Below are positions 1 to 10,446 of a DNA stretch of 64,000 bases, one piece after another. The notes under the pieces were generated by a model that ran no database searches, had not been told where the DNA came from, and was given only the letters and a program-made list of their open reading frames with translations. The position numbers and the translations under genes are program-made. Every line of letters starts with the position of its first letter. The first letter of the stretch is position 1. Source of the DNA: an uncultured Methanosarcinales archaeon (lineage in GTDB: Archaea > Halobacteriota > Methanosarcinia > Methanotrichales > Methanotrichaceae); assembly GCA_963843555.1 (NCBI GenBank), contig CAWJKV010000012.1:54666-118665 (forward strand), in the 5' to 3' direction.

Positions 1-1
1 G

Positions 2-319
2 GCGATCGCCCAGGACTGGAAGACAGGCGAGGTGCTTATGCTGGCCTATATGAACGACGAGGCATTGGCCAGGACCAGAGAGACGGGCAAAGCACATTAC
101 TGGTCTCGCTCGCGAAAGAAGCTCTGGCTAAAGGGCGAGTCCTCCGGGCACTTTCAGCTTGTCCGGGAGATACGGGTCGATTGCGATGAAGATGCCATAC
201 TGTTAATGGTCGAGCAGGAAGGAGGGGCCTGTCATACCGGTTATAGGTCCTGCTTCTACCGCACCTTAGACGGCCAGGTTGTAGGCGAGAAGGTATTCGA
301 TCCAGAGGATGTCTATTGA
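2..319 (+). CDS. hisI: Phosphoribosyl-AMP cyclohydrolase (5' end outside window)
   Basis: [18 protein letters not shown]...[18 protein letters not shown]...DCDEDA...[11 protein letters not shown] are HisI motifs. Confidence 0.95.
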   Translation, partial: AIAQDWKTGEVLMLAYMNDEALARTRETGKAHYWSRSRKKLWLKGESSGHFQLVREIRVDCDEDAILLMVEQEGGACHTGYRSCFYRTLDGQVVGEKVFDPEDVY

Positions 320-1470
320 TGTCCCGGCTAAAGAGAGCAAAAGATGCCAATTCCCGTTATACATCCCTTGGCAGTTCTGGCTCCTACCCCCTCTACTGCA
401 ATCCTCTGCTCAAGGCTGAGGCCTGCGTAGAGGAAGGCCGGATTAAGGTGCATGTTGCCGGCCCGCTGGCTCATCTGCCACTGATCAGATCCAGCATGCA
501 GATGTTTGAGGGCCAGGTCGCGGCTCAGGCGGGACCGGATCAGCTCTCTCTTTCCACCTGGATTCCTCCTCTGCCCAGCCGGGCTTTCGATCGGCTGGCG
601 AACAGCCGCATGCGAGCCCTGCTGGGGCTTCGCACCCCTGACCAGGTTACCATCTCCATCACCGAGGAGTGTCCCAATCGCTGCTCCCACTGCGCCCTGC
701 CCAATTCCGGAAACAAGCTCCGCCTTTCTCCGCATACGGTTCAGGACCTGGTCAACCAGATTCTGGAGATGGGTACAACGCTGGTGATATTCGATGGAGG
801 GGAGCCTGCACTCTACCCGGATCTGCCGGAATTGGTGCGATCTGTGGACGACCGGGCCATTTCCACACTTTTCACTTCGGGAGCGGGCTTCACTGCCGAA
901 CTGGCATTGCAGCTCAAGGAGGCGGGCCTCTATGCCGTCAATGTGAGCCTGGATAGTCCTGATGCAGAGGAGCATGATGCCATGCGGGGAAGAGAAGGAG
1001 TCTATCTGGAAGCCATGCGGGCCGTGAAAAATGCTCTTCAAGCCGGCCTGCTGGTAGACCTTTATGTGGTCTTGCGCCGCGAGAATATCTGTCATCTGCA
1101 GCATTTCCACGACCTGGCTCAATGTATAGGCGCGCACGAGCTGACCTTCTTCGAGGTGGTCTCCACAGGCCGCTGGTCTGATCGAGAAGGGGTAGCCCTG
1201 ACGCCAGAGGATCATATCCAACTGGCGGACTTCGTCTCGGGCAGAAGAGCACGAGCGCCCAGGATCTTCTCGGTTCCCGAGGCCTACAAGCTTTTTGGCT
1301 GCTTTGCGGCCCGCAGCTGGATGCATGTGACTCCTGCGGGAGAAGTCTATCCCTGCTCCTGCTACCCGGAGTCCTGGGGCAGCATCTTCAAGGAGCCCGT
1401 GAAAAAAATCTGGAGGCGTATGGGACGTTTTCCATATCAAGGAAGCAAAATATGCCCCATGAGAAAATAA
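316..1470 (+). CDS. Radical SAM protein with C-terminal SPASM/Twitch-like domain, substrate unknown
   Basis: CxxxCxxC (ECPNRCSHC), DGGEP, VSLDS, C-terminal [20 protein letters not shown]; start overlaps hisI stop. Confidence 0.85.
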   Translation: MMSRLKRAKDANSRYTSLGSSGSYPLYCNPLLKAEACVEEGRIKVHVAGPLAHLPLIRSSMQMFEGQVAAQAGPDQLSLSTWIPPLPSRAFDRLANSRMRALLGLRTPDQVTISITEECPNRCSHCALPNSGNKLRLSPHTVQDLVNQILEMGTTLVIFDGGEPALYPDLPELVRSVDDRAISTLFTSGAGFTAELALQLKEAGLYAVNVSLDSPDAEEHDAMRGREGVYLEAMRAVKNALQAGLLVDLYVVLRRENICHLQHFHDLAQCIGAHELTFFEVVSTGRWSDREGVALTPEDHIQLADFVSGRRARAPRIFSVPEAYKLFGCFAARSWMHVTPAGEVYPCSCYPESWGSIFKEPVKKIWRRMGRFPYQGSKICPMRK

Positions 1471-1488
1471 GGAGTTTTTATTCCCATT

Positions 1489-1506
1489 TAGAGCAAAATT
1501 GCTCTA
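1489..1506. promoter_or_regulatory. Inverted repeat TAGAGCAA-AA-TTGCTCTA, candidate operator or hairpin
   Basis: Perfect 8-bp arms between the radical SAM gene and the HTH-CBS regulator gene. Confidence 0.45.
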
Positions 1507-1613
1507 TGATGGAGAGTTGAAAACCGGATTCGAATTAAACTAGATTTGTTTTGGAGATATCACGATCAATAAATCTATATAGGACATTAATCATGAACAA
1601 TATTGATCGAATT

Positions 1614-2480
1614 ATGGATTTGACACCTGTTCAAAGAGACATCTTAACCGCATTGATCAACATTCATCGCATTGAAGGACGAGCTGTAAAGGGCGAGGAG
1701 ATTGCCGAGTTGATAGATCGCAATCCTGGTACCATCCGAAACCAGATGCAATCCCTCAAAGCCCTGAACCTGGTGGAAGGCGTGCCGGGCCCCAAGGGCG
1801 GCTACCGGGCTACGGGAGCTGCCTACGAGGCGCTCAGTATCGAAGCCACCGGGGATGTTGTAACTGTTCCCGTAATCAGGAACGGAGTGCTGATGGAGGG
1901 CACCACGGCCAGCGAGATCATCTTCAACAAGGTCATGCACTCGCAGCAATGCGACGGCGTGATTCGCGTCATCGGCAACATAAGAGACTTCAACGTGGGA
2001 GATGAGATCGAGGTGGGGCCGACACCCGTGAACAAGCTCTACATCCGGGGCACAGTTCGGGGCAGGGACGACACCATGAGCCGGCTCATTCTACACATCG
2101 ACGAGATGATATCTGTCCCCAAGGTGCCCGTCAAGAAGATCGCCCGTCGCGCTGTGCGCATCCCTCCCGGCGTCTCGTTGCAGGAGGTGGCGCGTATTCT
2201 GGTGCATAACGGTGTTCAGGAGGGCCTGGTGGACGACAGCTCACCAGGATTGATCACCCTGGCCGATGTCGCCCGGGCAGTGGCGGACGGCAGAACAGAC
2301 CAGGAAGCGAGAACGATCATGACGCGAGGTTTCCTCACCATCGACTCAGAGGAGCCCATCTATGAAGCCATCAAGATGCTGGGCAAGACCGGTGCCAGCC
2401 AATTGGTGGTCTCGGAAGAGGGTGTGCTCTGGGGATTCGTCTCTCCCACAGACCTCATCAAGTCGCTTACTCCGGCCTGA
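1614..2480 (+). CDS. Predicted transcriptional regulator with HrcA-like N-terminal wHTH and C-terminal CBS domains
   Basis: MDLTPVQRDILTALINI...KGEEIAELIDRNPGTIRNQMQSLKALNLVEGVPGPKGGY; CBS-like C-terminus; ATG at 1614 preferred to TTG at 1551. Confidence 0.85.
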   Translation: MDLTPVQRDILTALINIHRIEGRAVKGEEIAELIDRNPGTIRNQMQSLKALNLVEGVPGPKGGYRATGAAYEALSIEATGDVVTVPVIRNGVLMEGTTASEIIFNKVMHSQQCDGVIRVIGNIRDFNVGDEIEVGPTPVNKLYIRGTVRGRDDTMSRLILHIDEMISVPKVPVKKIARRAVRIPPGVSLQEVARILVHNGVQEGLVDDSSPGLITLADVARAVADGRTDQEARTIMTRGFLTIDSEEPIYEAIKMLGKTGASQLVVSEEGVLWGFVSPTDLIKSLTPA

Positions 2481-3141
2481 TCTCTGTGCCAGTGTGCCCA
2501 CCCAGGGCACCTTTTCTTAAATTTTCCAGTTTGCTGCCCAGGACTATTGATGTGGGAATGGAGCTTCTCTCTATGATCTTGGCAGCCAGAGGATCGACGG
2601 GAGAGCGCGAACCTGCTTTCATTTCTGTCTCCATGGCCAGGCGCACCAGTGCATGGTGCGTCATTGTGGCCAGCCTCTTGGCAGCTGGATCCTTCTCCGG
2701 ATCGGCGTTATAGACGCCATCTACCGAGGTGGCCACGATCAGTTTGTCGGCGTGCACGTACTCCGCCAATAGGGCAGCGACGGCGTCCGTTGTCTGACCG
2801 GGGGCAACCCCGCCCATGACCACGATCTTGCCCTTCTCAGCCAGCCGGGCAGCCTGGGCATAGGAGTCGGGAATCTCCTGCGGTGCGGCAGCGCCAAGAG
2901 CTGCCACGAGCAGCGCCGAGTTGAGCTTTGTCGCACCGATGCCGATGGTGTCGCAGAACATCTCGCTGGCGCCCAGAGCGCGCGCCTTTTCGATGTACTC
3001 GCGGGCAATTTTCCCGCCGCCAACTACTACGAAGATCTGGTGCTCCTGGGCCAGTTGCCGGAGGGCATCTGCGTATTCACGCAGGCTCCGCGCATCGCGG
3101 CCTGCCAGGATGGAGCCGCCCAGAGAATAAACAAGTATCAT
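2467..3141 (-). CDS. pyrH: Uridylate kinase (archaeal type)
   Basis: SLGGS, VVVGGGKIAREYI, PGQTTDAVAALLAE, TSVDGVYNADP. Confidence 0.95.
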   Translation of the reverse strand: MILVYSLGGSILAGRDARSLREYADALRQLAQEHQIFVVVGGGKIAREYIEKARALGASEMFCDTIGIGATKLNSALLVAALGAAAPQEIPDSYAQAARLAEKGKIVVMGGVAPGQTTDAVAALLAEYVHADKLIVATSVDGVYNADPEKDPAAKRLATMTHHALVRLAMETEMKAGSRSPVDPLAAKIIERSSIPTSIVLGSKLENLRKGALGGHTGTEIRPE

Positions 3142-3439
3142 GGAGAGGGAGAGCGAGTGAGGGGATAAATAGGTTGCCGGGAGGTGACACGATGGAGAAG
3201 AGCAATTTTAGTAAACGAAATGAAGGTGTAACTCTTCAAGATTGAGCTTGAACAGATAGTATCTATCTCAACCATTTTTCTGGTTCCTTCTTGCCACTTT
3301 TGCGTGGGAGCTTTCCACTTGCTCGAAGATCGTGAGTGAAGATATTGCCCGTTTGATTGCCTAGGCCCTGACCAAGATCATTCAAACATATGCTCAAGTC
3401 GAATAGAGTGCCTCATTCGCTCATTTTATCTCCTAGATT

Positions 3440-3505
3440 ATGGCGAGGAAGAAATTGCATAGTGTCAAACTGAAAAATGAGGAACGGGAAGAACTAAATC
3501 GATAA
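3440..3505 (+). pseudogene. Possible IS630-like transposase N-terminal remnant
   Basis: ATG 3440 reads MARKKLHSVKLKNEEREELNR*, resembling IS630/Tc1 transposase N-termini; no continuation found. Confidence 0.35.
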
Positions 3506-3778
3506 TTTCCTGAAAGCAAGCTGCATCCCATCAGGATAGACATGATCCGACATCGACCAGAAAGGAAAAAGTGTTTCATAAAGGTACCGATTAGTGAAGG
3601 AGAAACTTTTGGGAGATCCAGAGCGAGGGCCAGACTACAAGTCGTTTGACCCTCGCATCTGGTGCTGAATGGACGCATGGAATAGCAAACCATTCCAGTA
3701 CACTTTACTTTATACAATCTGGTTTTACTTAAGGGTTTTGGTAAGCTCAAATTATGGGTCAAATGACATACAGCCCTC

Positions 3779-4960
3779 TTAGCAGGAGGGTATCTTGACA
3801 GCAGCAATCTCGGTTCCTGACTCCCGGCCGTAGGCCTCAATCCTTTGCAGGGCATGGTCTACCATTCCTCCTGAGGTCATGATCAGAGAACTCTTGCCGG
3901 TTAAAGCCTTCAGGATGCATTTGTCTATGACACCATAGGTGAAGTCCAGGTGGATCGAAGACCGCTCGGCCATAACCTTGGCGCTGGTACCCATTGCGCC
4001 CGTATAGTCCGCTCCCGTCTTTTCGAGGATCTCAGGGATTTGCAGAAAGAGATCTTCATCCACATTGCAGATGTAGATCTTTCCCCGGCCCTTTTCCGTA
4101 ACCGGTTCCTTCTTCTCTGTTCTTGACTCCAATAGATCGCAAAGCTCGAGGATGTTCAAGGGAGGCTTAGCCCCATTTACAAGACCACGGCCCGCCAGCT
4201 CCTGGTAAAGGTCGACAACGGTAGGAAGCTTCAGCCTGGCCTCCTTGATCAGCACTGCATCGCCGAATATCTCCTGGCCCTTGCCGCGGCGCAGCACTCC
4301 CCCGTCCTTCATCAAGACCACATCGTCCGCCCAGCGATAGGCCAGGTCAACATCATGGGTGGAGATGATCATGGTCTTTCTGCCGAGGTTCAGCTCATCG
4401 AGCATCTCCATGATCTCCTCGGAGCTGGCCGGATCGAGGTTTGAGGTGGGCTCATCGAGAATCATCACCTCGGGCTCCATGGCCAGGACGCCGGCAATGG
4501 CAGCCCTCTTCTTCTCGCCTCCGCTGAGGTGATGGGGCGGCCGGCGTTCGTATCCCGAGAGGCCAACGTACTGCAGGGCGTAACTCACGTATTTCTTTAC
4601 CCTCTCAGGCGGAAAACCCAGGTTCACGGGCCCGAAGGCTACATCCTGGTAGACAGTAGGAGCAAAGAGCTGATCATCGGAGTTCTGGAAGACCATGCCC
4701 ACTTTTCGCCTGACCTCTCTCAGGGAAGCAGAATCATATCTCAGACTCCGGCCGTGAAAGAGGATTTCGCCGTTTGTCGGCCGAAGAATCCCGTTGAACA
4801 TGAGCATAAGGGTGGACTTGCCGGCACCATTGGGCCCCACCAGGGCGATCTTTTTGTCTTCCTCCAGGGAGAGGCTCACATTGTTCAAACCCTGGGTTCC
4901 GTCTCCGTAGGAATAGTCAACACTTCTGGTTTCAAGGATGTTCGTCATTTGTTTCCTCAT
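3779..4960 (-). CDS. cbiO: Cobalt/nickel ECF transporter ATPase with C-terminal extension
   Basis: Walker A GPNGAGKST, VFQNSDDQLF, LSGGEKKR, LDEPT; in cbiMNQO operon. Confidence 0.93.
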   Translation of the reverse strand: MRKQMTNILETRSVDYSYGDGTQGLNNVSLSLEEDKKIALVGPNGAGKSTLMLMFNGILRPTNGEILFHGRSLRYDSASLREVRRKVGMVFQNSDDQLFAPTVYQDVAFGPVNLGFPPERVKKYVSYALQYVGLSGYERRPPHHLSGGEKKRAAIAGVLAMEPEVMILDEPTSNLDPASSEEIMEMLDELNLGRKTMIISTHDVDLAYRWADDVVLMKDGGVLRRGKGQEIFGDAVLIKEARLKLPTVVDLYQELAGRGLVNGAKPPLNILELCDLLESRTEKKEPVTEKGRGKIYICNVDEDLFLQIPEILEKTGADYTGAMGTSAKVMAERSSIHLDFTYGVIDKCILKALTGKSSLIMTSGGMVDHALQRIEAYGRESGTEIAAVKIPSC

Positions 4961-5754
4961 AGAAGATTGATGCTTCGGGTTAAAGCCGCGAATGCCATAA
5001 CCAGGATTAAATACGCCACCACGGCAAAGACCTCAATTGGCTTTGGTCCGGGGCTCTGGTCCATGAGATCAAGCACGCCGTTGTAGCAGCGTGCGTCCAT
5101 GGCCACGATAAGCCGTTCTCCCTGCTCCCAGGATCGCAAAAAGAGAACGCTGGAAAGCATGGCGAAGGAGCCAAGAGAGTTTCTGGCTCCAACATCCCCC
5201 AGACGCATCACCTGGGCGTTGTGGATCATGGCTGCCTGATCCAGAAAGACAAATATGTACCTGTAAATCATCATTGATAGCTCAAGTACTGATTCCGGAA
5301 TCCTCAGGGACTTCAAAACGGCAAAGATCTCAATCATAGGTGTGGTCAGAGCTATGAAAAAGAGAGAGGTCATGCCGCCGAAGGTTCTGGCGATCAGGAG
5401 AAGGGCCAGGTTTGCTCCTTCTGCTCCAATGCTCAGTTGCAGCCCGAAGATGTCCAGGGCGAATAGTGTTTGTCCGGAGCCATGCATGAAGGCCACAATT
5501 CCGGCGCTGAGCATTGCGAAGGAGAGGGGCAGGAGAAGCAGCCGGGAGTAAAAGCGGATAGGAATTTTGGCCAGCATCACAGTTATAAGGCTCATGGTCA
5601 CGGCCACGAACAGAGGTGTCAGGGGCGTGACTGAAGATACCGAAATAAGGATGGCGCCCAGGCCCAGGAGCAATTTGAGCCGCGCATCCGTATTCCGCAG
5701 AGCGTTGGATTGTGCCCAGTCGTCCAGAAGGTCATGCATCTGATTTTCCTTCAT
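4957..5754 (-). CDS. cbiQ: Cobalt ECF transporter T component
   Basis: Hydrophobic; LTTP, MIYRYIFV, AQVMRLG, AMDARCY. Confidence 0.93.
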   Translation of the reverse strand: MKENQMHDLLDDWAQSNALRNTDARLKLLLGLGAILISVSSVTPLTPLFVAVTMSLITVMLAKIPIRFYSRLLLLPLSFAMLSAGIVAFMHGSGQTLFALDIFGLQLSIGAEGANLALLLIARTFGGMTSLFFIALTTPMIEIFAVLKSLRIPESVLELSMMIYRYIFVFLDQAAMIHNAQVMRLGDVGARNSLGSFAMLSSVLFLRSWEQGERLIVAMDARCYNGVLDLMDQSPGPKPIEVFAVVAYLILVMAFAALTRSINLL

Positions 5755-6055
5755 TCTCCTGGACAGCTTTGGCAGTCTTCATCTTCGCTGCAGCTCGGTA
5801 GTAACCCAGAAAATAGCCGATGATGAGGCTGCCGATGGCCGCCTGCAGGGCAAAGAGGAGGCTCTCAATCTCTCCACTGGGCGGCGTATAAATGGACTGG
5901 AACCAGGGCTGGTAGGTGCCGCCGGTCAGATCGGAAATCACTTCTTCTGCCTGGCCGTCAGCTCCGCCCCACTCGTGGTTTCCGGTTGAACTTACGTAGG
6001 CGAAAGCCGCGATGAAGACAACTATAACACCCAGAGTTACGAGCTCCAGTTTCAT
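5732..6055 (-). CDS. cbiN: Cobalt transport protein CbiN
   Basis: WGGADGQAE, YQPWF, PPSGEIESLLFALQAAIG. Confidence 0.95.
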   Translation of the reverse strand: MKLELVTLGVIVVFIAAFAYVSSTGNHEWGGADGQAEEVISDLTGGTYQPWFQSIYTPPSGEIESLLFALQAAIGSLIIGYFLGYYRAAAKMKTAKAVQENEGKSDA

Positions 6056-6747
6056 GCCGAAGACTCCTTTAAGCTATTCATAGTGCTTGGTGAGACCACA
6101 TTCATTCTCAGCAGCACATCGCCTCGAAGCTGCACTATGTACTTGAACATCAATGCTGTCACCACCCCTTCAACTATGGCCAGGGGAACCTGGGTTATGG
6201 CAAAGACTGCGGCAAAGGCCCAAAAGGATGCCAGGACTCCTCCAGAGGCTGCCGGGAACGCCAGAGCAAGTTGAAGAGACGTAACAACATATGTCGCTAA
6301 ATCGGCGAACATCGCCGCCAGAAAAACAGCTACATACAAATTCAACCTTGACTTCATGGCAGCCTTATAGATGATTACTGCGACTATCGGCCCCGCAATG
6401 CCCATGGAGAAGGTATTAGCACCCAAGGTGCTCAGACCGCCATGAGCCAGAAATACCGCCTGATAAATCAGGACTATCGTGGCCATGACCGAGGTTATCC
6501 AGGGACCGAAGATAATCGCACTCATGCCCGTGCCCGTGGGGTGGGAGCAGCTTCCAGTGACGGAAGGCATCTTTAGAGAGGAAAGAACGAAAATAAATGC
6601 ACCAGAGACGCCCAATAGTGGCAGTATTTCGCGGTTCTCTTTTATCATCCTGTTCATTCTATGGACTCCGTAAGCGACTGCCGGCAGGGAGAGTGCAAAC
6701 CACAACACGCACCACTGCAGAGGCAAGAAACCTTCCATTATATGCAT
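6052..6747 (-). CDS. cbiM: Cobalt ECF transporter S component
   Basis: Canonical MHIMEGFLP N-terminus at ATG 6747; GSCSHPTG; LAHGG. Confidence 0.95.
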   Translation of the reverse strand: MHIMEGFLPLQWCVLWFALSLPAVAYGVHRMNRMIKENREILPLLGVSGAFIFVLSSLKMPSVTGSCSHPTGTGMSAIIFGPWITSVMATIVLIYQAVFLAHGGLSTLGANTFSMGIAGPIVAVIIYKAAMKSRLNLYVAVFLAAMFADLATYVVTSLQLALAFPAASGGVLASFWAFAAVFAITQVPLAIVEGVVTALMFKYIVQLRGDVLLRMNVVSPSTMNSLKESSA

Positions 6748-6946
6748 TGCGCCACCATTAATGACAGAGATATTCTGCCATATAAAGTTTTCTTGTGTTA
6801 TGATCAACTAAGTTTAATTAAAGCATAATTCGACAGCATTACCCATAAAACCGAAAAAATCTCATTGGATCTCTTTCTCATCTTAATCAGTTTCGGCCCG
6901 CTCTTGAATCGCCCTTAAATATTGAGTCTGTCCAGAAGAATCTATC

Positions 6947-8156
6947 TTGACCCGGATATTTACCGTCACGGACCTGAATGAGAGGATAAAAGACCGCCTG
7001 GAAAATGATCCCCGCCTGCATGACCTCTGGGCGCAGGGCGAGGTCTCCAACTACGTCCATCACAGGTCCGGGCACAGGTACTTCACCCTCAAGGACAGGG
7101 ACTCACAAATCTCCTGCGTTCTCTTCAAAAATCAGGCCTCAAGGCTGGACTTTGAACTGAAGGATGGATTGAACATTCTGGTCTATGGAGATATTGCCGT
7201 CTACAGGCCGCAGGGCAGAGTGCAGCTGGTGGCCCAGGGCGTAAAGCAGGATGTAGGCCTGGGATTTCGCCACTTGCAATTCGAGGCTTTGAAGAAGAAG
7301 CTGGCAGCGGAGGGGTTGTTCGATTTGGAGCGCAAGCGCGGCATCCCCCGCTATCCAGAGAGGATCGGCATTGTCACCTCTCCGCAGGGGGCGGCGCTGC
7401 GAGATGTCCTGCGCATCATAGGCCTCTATCCGGCGCGCATCATTCTCTCTCCGGCGCAGGTGCAGGGCGAAGGGGCGGAGGAGAGCATCGTCTCGGCGTT
7501 GCTGGCGCTGCAGGGCCAGACTGATGTGGTCATAGTCTGTCGTGGCGGTGGCTCCACTGAAGACCTCTGGTGCTTCAATTCGGAAGCAGTGGCCCGTGCC
7601 ATATTCGGATGCGACTCACCTGTCATCTCGGCTGTGGGCCACGAGACTGATGTCACCATTGCCGATTTTGTGGCCGATATGCGCGCAGCAACGCCCACAG
7701 CAGCAGCAAAGATGGCTGTGCCTGATATTGAGGAGGTGAAAGAGTGGCTGCGTGAGAGCGAGGTAAGAATGGTGCGCGCCCTTTGGACGGTCCTGGAGCG
7801 AAAAGAGGAGCGTCTGGAGTATCTGCAGCAAAGCATCTCTGCCAGGAGGATGTATTCCCTGGCGACAGAAGCCCGGCAGCGTCTGGATTATCTTGGTGAA
7901 CGACTGGCTGCCGCCCAGGTGGATGAGCTAAAGACCAGGAGGGCGCGCCTGGATCTGGCCCAGGGTCGCCTGGTGGCTGTAGGACCTCGTGCGACCCTTT
8001 TGCGGGGCTATGCCATAGCCCGATCGAAGCGGGGCCTGATACTGAGAGCAGAGGACGCAAGGCCCGGTGAGGTGGTGGAACTGATCCTGGGTGCAGGGAA
8101 GGCTCAGGTGCAGGGTTTTGGAGATCGCGGATGGGAAGGAGGAGTCAATTGAGTGA
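6947..8156 (+). CDS. xseA: Exodeoxyribonuclease VII large subunit (probable 1-nt indel near C-terminus)
   Basis: GEVSNY..HRSGHRYFTLKD, IGIVTSPQGAALRD, RGGGSTEDLWCFN, SAVGHETD, AATPTAAA; alternative frame gives KLRCRVLEI...ending TGA 8156. Confidence 0.93.
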
Positions 8157-8362
8157 ATAAGGGAGAAGTCGGACTGGAAGAGGCGCTGGAAGACCTGGAG
8201 CGCATAGTCTCGGAGCTGGAAGAGGGAAAGATGAGCCTGGAGGAGAGTCTGGACCTCTATGAGAAAGGGATGAAGCTGGTCAAGCTCTGCAACGCCCGGC
8301 TGGAGAGAGCCGAGAGAAGGATCGAGAGCCTGACGGGCGAGGTGCCGCCCGATCTGGCCTGA
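8153..8362 (+). CDS. xseB: Exodeoxyribonuclease VII small subunit
   Basis: LEEALEDLERIVSELEEGKMSLEESLDLYEKGMKL...C...L..AE. Confidence 0.95.
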   Translation: MNKGEVGLEEALEDLERIVSELEEGKMSLEESLDLYEKGMKLVKLCNARLERAERRIESLTGEVPPDLA

Positions 8363-8380
8363 TGCGGTGTGCTGTGTGGT

Positions 8381-8440
8381 AAAGCTTAAATACGATATTA
8401 GATGTACTTTTTCGTACATTATAGTATTGATTAGTACATC
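8381..8440 (+). promoter_or_regulatory. trpBA promoter (BRE/TATA-like AAAGCTTAAATA) followed by TRP-box-like GTAC repeats
   Basis: GATGTACT(8401)...AGTACATC(8440) perfect inverted repeat with internal CGTACA and AGTATT. Confidence 0.55.
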
Positions 8441-8477
8441 AGAAGCATACTAAGCCGGTGATCCTTTGAAGTGTTTG

Positions 8478-9659
8478 ATGCCCGAGAATTTTGCGATAAA
8501 GTTTGGGAGGTACGGCGGTCTCTTTGTGCCCGAAACGCTCGTGCAACCCCTGTCAGATCTGAGTGCCGCCTATGAGGGCCTGAAAGGAAACGAGCAGTTT
8601 CAAGATGAACTGAGGTCTCTTCTCAGGAACTTCGCGGGACGGCCGACGTCCTTATATTTTGCCAGAAATCTCAGCCGGGAGCTGGGTCGCAAAGTCTACC
8701 TGAAGAGAGAGGATCTGGTGCACGGCGGGGCGCACAAGCTCAACAACACACTCGGCCAGGCTCTGGTGGCGAAGAAGATGGGAAAAACCCGGCTCATAGC
8801 TGAAACGGGCGCAGGCCAGCATGGCGTGGCCACGGCCATCGTGGGAGCCAATCTGGGCTTCGAGACGCAGATCTATATGGGCGAGGTAGACATCGAGCGG
8901 CAGAAGATGAATGTCTACCGCATGGAGCTGATGGGTGCTGAGGTCATACCGGTCCGGTCCGGCTCCAGGACTCTCAAGGACGCCATCAATGAGGCCATGC
9001 GTGACTGGGCGGCCAGTTTCGATCACACTCATTATCTCTTGGGAACAGCGGCAGGCGCCCATCCCTTTCCAACAATGGTGCGGGACTTTCAAAGCGTAAT
9101 CGGACTTGAAGCCCGCAGGCAGATTCAGGAGGCAGAAGGCCGTCTTCCGGACAGCATCGTGGCCTGTGTGGGTGGCGGCAGCAACGCCATGGGGATCTTC
9201 GCCCCCTTCTTGAAGGACGAATCGAGGCTTATAGCAGTGGAGGCGGGAGGCCGGGGCCCCGGCAAGAACGAGAGGATGGCGGACAATGGAGCATCTCTTG
9301 GTTACGGCACAGACGGCATTCTGCATGGCGCTCTCACCAAGATCCTGCAGGACCCTTACGGCCAGATTCTGGAGTCGTATTCCGTGGCTGCCGGACTGGA
9401 TTATCCTGGAGTGGGTCCGGAGCTGGCCTTTTTAGCGGAAAAGGGGCGCGTGCAGCCCAGGATCGCAGATGATAAGACCGCTATGGAGGGATTCCATGCT
9501 CTCTCACGGCTGGAGGGCATTATCCCGGCGCTGGAGTCGGCGCACGCCGTGGGCTATGCCCTGCAGGAGCCGGAGACTCTGGGTGAATTGGCGATCATAA
9601 ATGTATCCGGCCGCGGTGACAAAGATCTGGCAACGGTGATGGAATATGAGAATCTCTGA
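8478..9659 (+). CDS. trpB: Tryptophan synthase beta chain
   Basis: [51 protein letters not shown]. Confidence 0.97.
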   Translation: MPENFAIKFGRYGGLFVPETLVQPLSDLSAAYEGLKGNEQFQDELRSLLRNFAGRPTSLYFARNLSRELGRKVYLKREDLVHGGAHKLNNTLGQALVAKKMGKTRLIAETGAGQHGVATAIVGANLGFETQIYMGEVDIERQKMNVYRMELMGAEVIPVRSGSRTLKDAINEAMRDWAASFDHTHYLLGTAAGAHPFPTMVRDFQSVIGLEARRQIQEAEGRLPDSIVACVGGGSNAMGIFAPFLKDESRLIAVEAGGRGPGKNERMADNGASLGYGTDGILHGALTKILQDPYGQILESYSVAAGLDYPGVGPELAFLAEKGRVQPRIADDKTAMEGFHALSRLEGIIPALESAHAVGYALQEPETLGELAIINVSGRGDKDLATVMEYENL

Positions 9660-10422
9660 AGCCTTTGAGAATGGGCCCCTGTTGATCGTGTATATCTGCG
9701 CCGGAGATCCCTCGCCGGAAGCGACGCCCGATCTGGTGCGTCGGCTGGAGAAGGCAGGCGCGGACATCATCGAACTGGGGCTGCCTCACTCCGACCCCAT
9801 CGCGGACGGGCCAACCATCCAGGCGGCAGCACAAAGGGCCATTGCCGCCGGAATGAACACGGACGTCTACTTCCAGGTGGCAGCCGCGGCCAATGTACCG
9901 GTCCCCAAGGTCTTCATGGGCTACTACAACATGATCTACGCGCGGGGCCTGGATAAGTTTGCCAGGGACTGTGCAAAGTCCGGTATCACCGGCATGATTG
10001 TTCCCGACCTGCCGCCCGAGGAGGCCGCACCTCTGCAAGAGGCCTGCACCAGATACGGAGTGGACCTCATCTTCCTGGTGGCACCCAATACCCCGCAGGA
10101 GCGGCTGAAGATGATAGAGATGGAGACCTCTGGGTTCCTCTACCTGGTGGCTCGTACGGGAGTGACGGGAGCCCGCAGCGAGGTGCTGCAGGACACCCGC
10201 GACCTCATCGCCCGCGTTCCGGGCAAGAAACCGAAAGCAGTGGGCTTTGGCATCTCCACTCCAGAGCAGGCGGCCGAGGTCATCCGTGCCGGAGCTGACG
10301 CCGCCATCGTGGGCTCCGTCTGCGTGGACCTGATCGCCAGAGGCGAGATAGAAGAGCTGGAAAGTCTGGTCCGCGAGATGAAGAAGGCGGTGAAGGAGGC
10401 AGGGAAGGCAAAGCTCCAATAG
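9646..10422 (+). CDS. trpA: Tryptophan synthase alpha chain
   Basis: [39 protein letters not shown]. Confidence 0.97.
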   Translation: MRISEAFENGPLLIVYICAGDPSPEATPDLVRRLEKAGADIIELGLPHSDPIADGPTIQAAAQRAIAAGMNTDVYFQVAAAANVPVPKVFMGYYNMIYARGLDKFARDCAKSGITGMIVPDLPPEEAAPLQEACTRYGVDLIFLVAPNTPQERLKMIEMETSGFLYLVARTGVTGARSEVLQDTRDLIARVPGKKPKAVGFGISTPEQAAEVIRAGADAAIVGSVCVDLIARGEIEELESLVREMKKAVKEAGKAKLQ

Positions 10423-10446
10423 TTGGCAAAGAACCCTACCACAGCT

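Noticed and set aside
6798..6828. TTATG-N21-CATAA upstream of cbiM as a NikR box, or a cobalamin riboswitch
   Set aside because: Spacing differs from the canonical NikR operator, the arms are short, and no B12-box was seen
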